Of a stretch of 32,000 nt of DNA, positions 29,114 to 32,000 are shown one piece after another. Made by a program: the position numbers and the translations under genes. The notes under the pieces were generated by a model. The model was not told the origin of the DNA, ran no database searches, and was given only the letters and a program-made list of their open reading frames with translations. The DNA comes from Candidatus Heimdallarchaeota archaeon (GTDB taxonomy: Archaea; Asgardarchaeota; Heimdallarchaeia; JABLTI01), in the NCBI GenBank assembly GCA_030614005.1, contig JAUWKS010000001.1, positions 120,001-152,000 on the forward strand, in the 5' to 3' direction. Each line of letters begins with the position of its first letter. The stretch's first letter is position 1.

Positions 29114-30718
29114 GTGAAAATCTCTTCGGATTTCTTGGTTATTGGTTCTGGAATTAGCGGATTATCATTCGCTTTGAAAGCTGCAAAATATGGAACAGTA
29201 TCTTTACTTAGTAAAGATAAAATAAACGAAGGTTCAACCCTTTATGCTCAAGGAGGTATTGCCACTGTTTTTGATGAGAAGGATTCTTTCAAAGAACATG
29301 TCAAAGACACTCTTTCTGCGGGAGCAGGTTTGTGTAGATCAGATATTGTTGAAGAAATTGTTTTAGCAGGACCCAAGCTTGTTCAGGAATTAATTGATAA
29401 CTATAATGTTAAATTTTCTGAAGCGAATGGGAAATTTGATCTTGGTTTAGAAGGTGGACACTCGAAAAGACGAGTTCTCCATGCAGCAGATAGAACTGGT
29501 TTTGAAATTGAATCGAAAATGGTTGAAGCAGCTCGCAAAGAATCAAATATAACTTTTTATGAAGATCATGTAGCAATCAATTTGTTTGTTGACAACAACA
29601 TTTGTATCGGCGCATATGTTCTAGAAAAAAGCAAGGGTGAAATTATTAATTTTCAAGCAAAAGTTACCACTTTAGCTACAGGCGGAGCAGGTAAGGTTTT
29701 TCTTGTTACTAGCAATCCAGATATCATCACAGGTGACGGAATAGCTATGGCCTATCGTGCTGGAGCATCAATAATCAACATGGAAATGGTGCAATTCCAT
29801 CCAACGTGTCTATATCATCCTCATGCAAAAACATTTCTCATCACAGAAGCAATGCGTGGTGAAGGAGCGAAACTTATTGATGTTAATGGCAACCAATTTA
29901 TGAACAAATATCACCCAAAGAAAGAGCTTGCTCCGAGGGATGTTGTTTCTCGTTCAATTGATGCCGAATTAAAAATATCAGGTGCAGACAGTGTTTTTCT
30001 GGACATTACCCACAAAAATTCAGATTTCATTAAAAAGAGATTTCCTATGATTTATGAAAAATGTCTGTCACATGGGATTGATATTACTGAGCAACCTATC
30101 CCAGTAATTCCTGCAGCTCACTATTCTATTGGTGGAGTAAAAGCGTCTACATCGGGTCAAACTTCAATAAAAAATCTTTTAGCTATTGGTGAAGTATCTT
30201 GTACTGGATTCAACGGTGCGAATAGATTAGCTAGTAATTCCCTCTTAGAGGGTCTCGTTGTTGGTGACAAAGCAGCAAAATATGCAGCCAGTTTAATGAT
30301 GAGCAATGATACAGTTAAGAAACAACCATTTCCCTATTGGGATCCTGGCATGGCTGAAGACCCAGATGAAATGGTTATTGTTAAACAGAACTGGGAAGAA
30401 ATTAGAAGATTTATGTGGAATTACGTCGGTATTGTTCGTTCAAATAATAGATTGATTCGTGCAGGCAACAGACTCGAGATGGTTATGAAGGAAATAAACC
30501 AATTTTATTGGGACTTCAAAATACACCCATCTCTTCTTGATCTTAGAAATCTCGCTCAAGTAGCTGAACTAATCATTCGTTGTGCAAAAGGTCGAATGGA
30601 AAGTCGTGGAGTTCACTATTCTCTTGATTATCCTGAAAAAGGAAAAACACCTTATAACACTGAATTACAGATTTCAATGGTAGATCGAGTACCACTAAAT
30701 GATAATCTCTATGATTAA
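29114..30718 (+). CDS. nadB: L-aspartate oxidase
   Basis: VIGSGISG, STLYAQGGIA, LEGGHSKRRVLH, QFHPT, TEAMRGEG, ELAPRDVVSR, AAHYSIGG, GANRLASNSLLEG, MWNYVGIVR and ESRGVHY. GAGGT SD supports GTG 29114 over 29069. Confidence 0.93.
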   Translation: MKISSDFLVIGSGISGLSFALKAAKYGTVSLLSKDKINEGSTLYAQGGIATVFDEKDSFKEHVKDTLSAGAGLCRSDIVEEIVLAGPKLVQELIDNYNVKFSEANGKFDLGLEGGHSKRRVLHAADRTGFEIESKMVEAARKESNITFYEDHVAINLFVDNNICIGAYVLEKSKGEIINFQAKVTTLATGGAGKVFLVTSNPDIITGDGIAMAYRAGASIINMEMVQFHPTCLYHPHAKTFLITEAMRGEGAKLIDVNGNQFMNKYHPKKELAPRDVVSRSIDAELKISGADSVFLDITHKNSDFIKKRFPMIYEKCLSHGIDITEQPIPVIPAAHYSIGGVKASTSGQTSIKNLLAIGEVSCTGFNGANRLASNSLLEGLVVGDKAAKYAASLMMSNDTVKKQPFPYWDPGMAEDPDEMVIVKQNWEEIRRFMWNYVGIVRSNNRLIRAGNRLEMVMKEINQFYWDFKIHPSLLDLRNLAQVAELIIRCAKGRMESRGVHYSLDYPEKGKTPYNTELQISMVDRVPLNDNLYD

Positions 30719-30736
30719 TCAAAGAAAAAAGGGTTT

Positions 30737-31616
30737 TTACATTCCCTTTATTTCTTCATAAAATTGTGAAATCTCATTACAAAATTCTTCTGGTAAAAGT
30801 AGACAAGTATACGCGTGCACTGAACCCTTGAGAGTGACTTTCTTAGTATATTTCTTTTCTTTAGCATAATTTTCGAGATTTCGTAAAACTATTTCATTAT
30901 CTTGTTCTTTTTCATCAGGCAACCAAAGAATTGGACAATTGAATTTTTTATAATAATCAGCAAAGGTCACATCGTACAATGGCTCAATATAGGACCAAAT
31001 CTCTTCTGGTGATTGTGGACCTGTGAATCGTCCATCCTCTGTTTCCATTATTTCATCTTCAGTTGCAATACGTACAACATCAGACCATGGAAAGTGTTTC
31101 TCCCAACCTTTTTTATTTTCAGTCATGTAGTCTTCTCTGGAATCATAATATTTTCGAGGTCGAGATAAAATTCGTTCTTTCAATTCAGTCATGGCTTTTT
31201 CGATTGCTTCTTTTGTTAGCACTTGATCTTTACTATCGAGTCCCACAATATCATATAAACCCCCATCGAGTACTAAAGAAACAACACGGTCAGGATAGTT
31301 TGCAGCAAAACTAATAGCTACATCTGCACCCATTGAACAACCCACTAGATGAGCTTTTTCTACTTTTAGCTGATCCATTATGCTTGCTAAATCCTTTGCC
31401 ATATCGTCAAGGTGACATTCATCCAAAGGTTTGTCAGTGTGTCCATGACACCTTAAATCTTGAGCAATAATATTATAATCCTCTTTAAAATGAGGGATAA
31501 CACCATTCCAAATACCCAACGTTGCTCCACCATAATGGAGAAATACAATTGTTTCTTTTCCTTCATTTTTGAATTCTAATTTCTATTCCATTGGCTTTTA
31601 TTTTTGAAATTGTCAT
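30737..31616 (-). pseudogene. Alpha/beta hydrolase with an apparent frameshift near its 5' end
   Basis: ATG 31616 gives MTISKIKANGIEIRIQK then TGA (31563-31565). The +1 frame continues NEGKETIVFLHYGGATLGIW...DLRCHG...GCSMG...H to the stop at 30737. Confidence 0.75.
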
Positions 31617-31727
31617 ATTAACACATCAATAAGTTATTTATTGTATGAAAATAATAAAAAAAGGAAGAGAATAAATACTTTCTGATAGAAAGGTAAAATT
31701 GATTCTCATCTGCGAGAGAAAAGATAC

Positions 31728-32000
31728 TCATTTTGAAGCAATTATTTCGTACCATTTCTTTAGGGATAGCTCTTTCCATTGGGGTCTTCGCGGTGGATAA
31801 TAAAAAATCTTATCGGCCTCCAAAATTATCTCTTCTTCGGACTTTCCTTCCGCAATCAATTCTCTAAAAAGATCAACCACCTTTTTTAGGTAAACATAAA
31901 ACTCTTGGATTTTGTTTTTACTTGAAACAGATCCATGACCAGGTAAGTAATAATCAATATCAAGTGAAATATATTCTTCAAGTGCAGCAAGCCATGTTTC
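31728..32000 (-). CDS. MBL-fold metallo-hydrolase, C-terminal part (5' end outside the window)
   Basis: Translated by hand: ETWLAALEEYISLDIDYYLPGHGSVS...WYEIIASK*. The PGHG motif and trailing helices fit the family. Absent from the ORF track. Confidence 0.85.
   Translation of the reverse strand, partial: ETWLAALEEYISLDIDYYLPGHGSVSSKNKIQEFYVYLKKVVDLFRELIAEGKSEEEIILEADKIFYYPPRRPQWKELSLKKWYEIIASK

Noticed and set aside
23707-31314. Short track ORFs 23707-24006, 24781-24990, 25052-25324, 25484-25672, 28623-28817 and 31063-31314
   Set aside because: They are shadows within confidently assigned CDSs.

Overview
AT-rich, gene-dense chromosomal segment with about 33 genes. It is most likely from an Asgard archaeon (Heimdallarchaeia-like). 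This is inferred from an archaeal class III signal peptide, a TPR-longin-like fusion, a 24-aa LRR protein, small C-terminal zinc-ribbon proteins, AGGTG(A) Shine-Dalgarno motifs and frequent TTG/GTG starts. Most genes are metabolic or transport genes: three GNATs, an acyl-CoA ligase, a GH2 beta-galactosidase, PAP2, ABC and MFS transporters, an M42 peptidase, FKBP, NadB and two hydrolases. I found no rRNA, tRNA, CRISPR array, integrase or transposase. The ORF track missed two edge-truncated genes (1-972 and 31728-32000), a 52-aa Cys-rich gene (11831-11989) and the frameshifted 5' end of the alpha/beta hydrolase. The items most worth following up are: (i) a compact divergent module of an HxlR regulator, tandem palindromic operators and a Cys microprotein; (ii) an unusually long bactofilin-like beta-helix protein; (iii) an LRR gene with hypervariable, shuffled 72-bp modules; (iv) an orphan pilin with a PA14-like tip domain; (v) a TPR-longin fusion; (vi) a GC-rich two-hairpin intergenic element with interchangeable arms; and (vii) a recurrent stem / C-rich spacer / U-tract terminator geometry. 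All family assignments come from motif recognition by eye. No database search was run.
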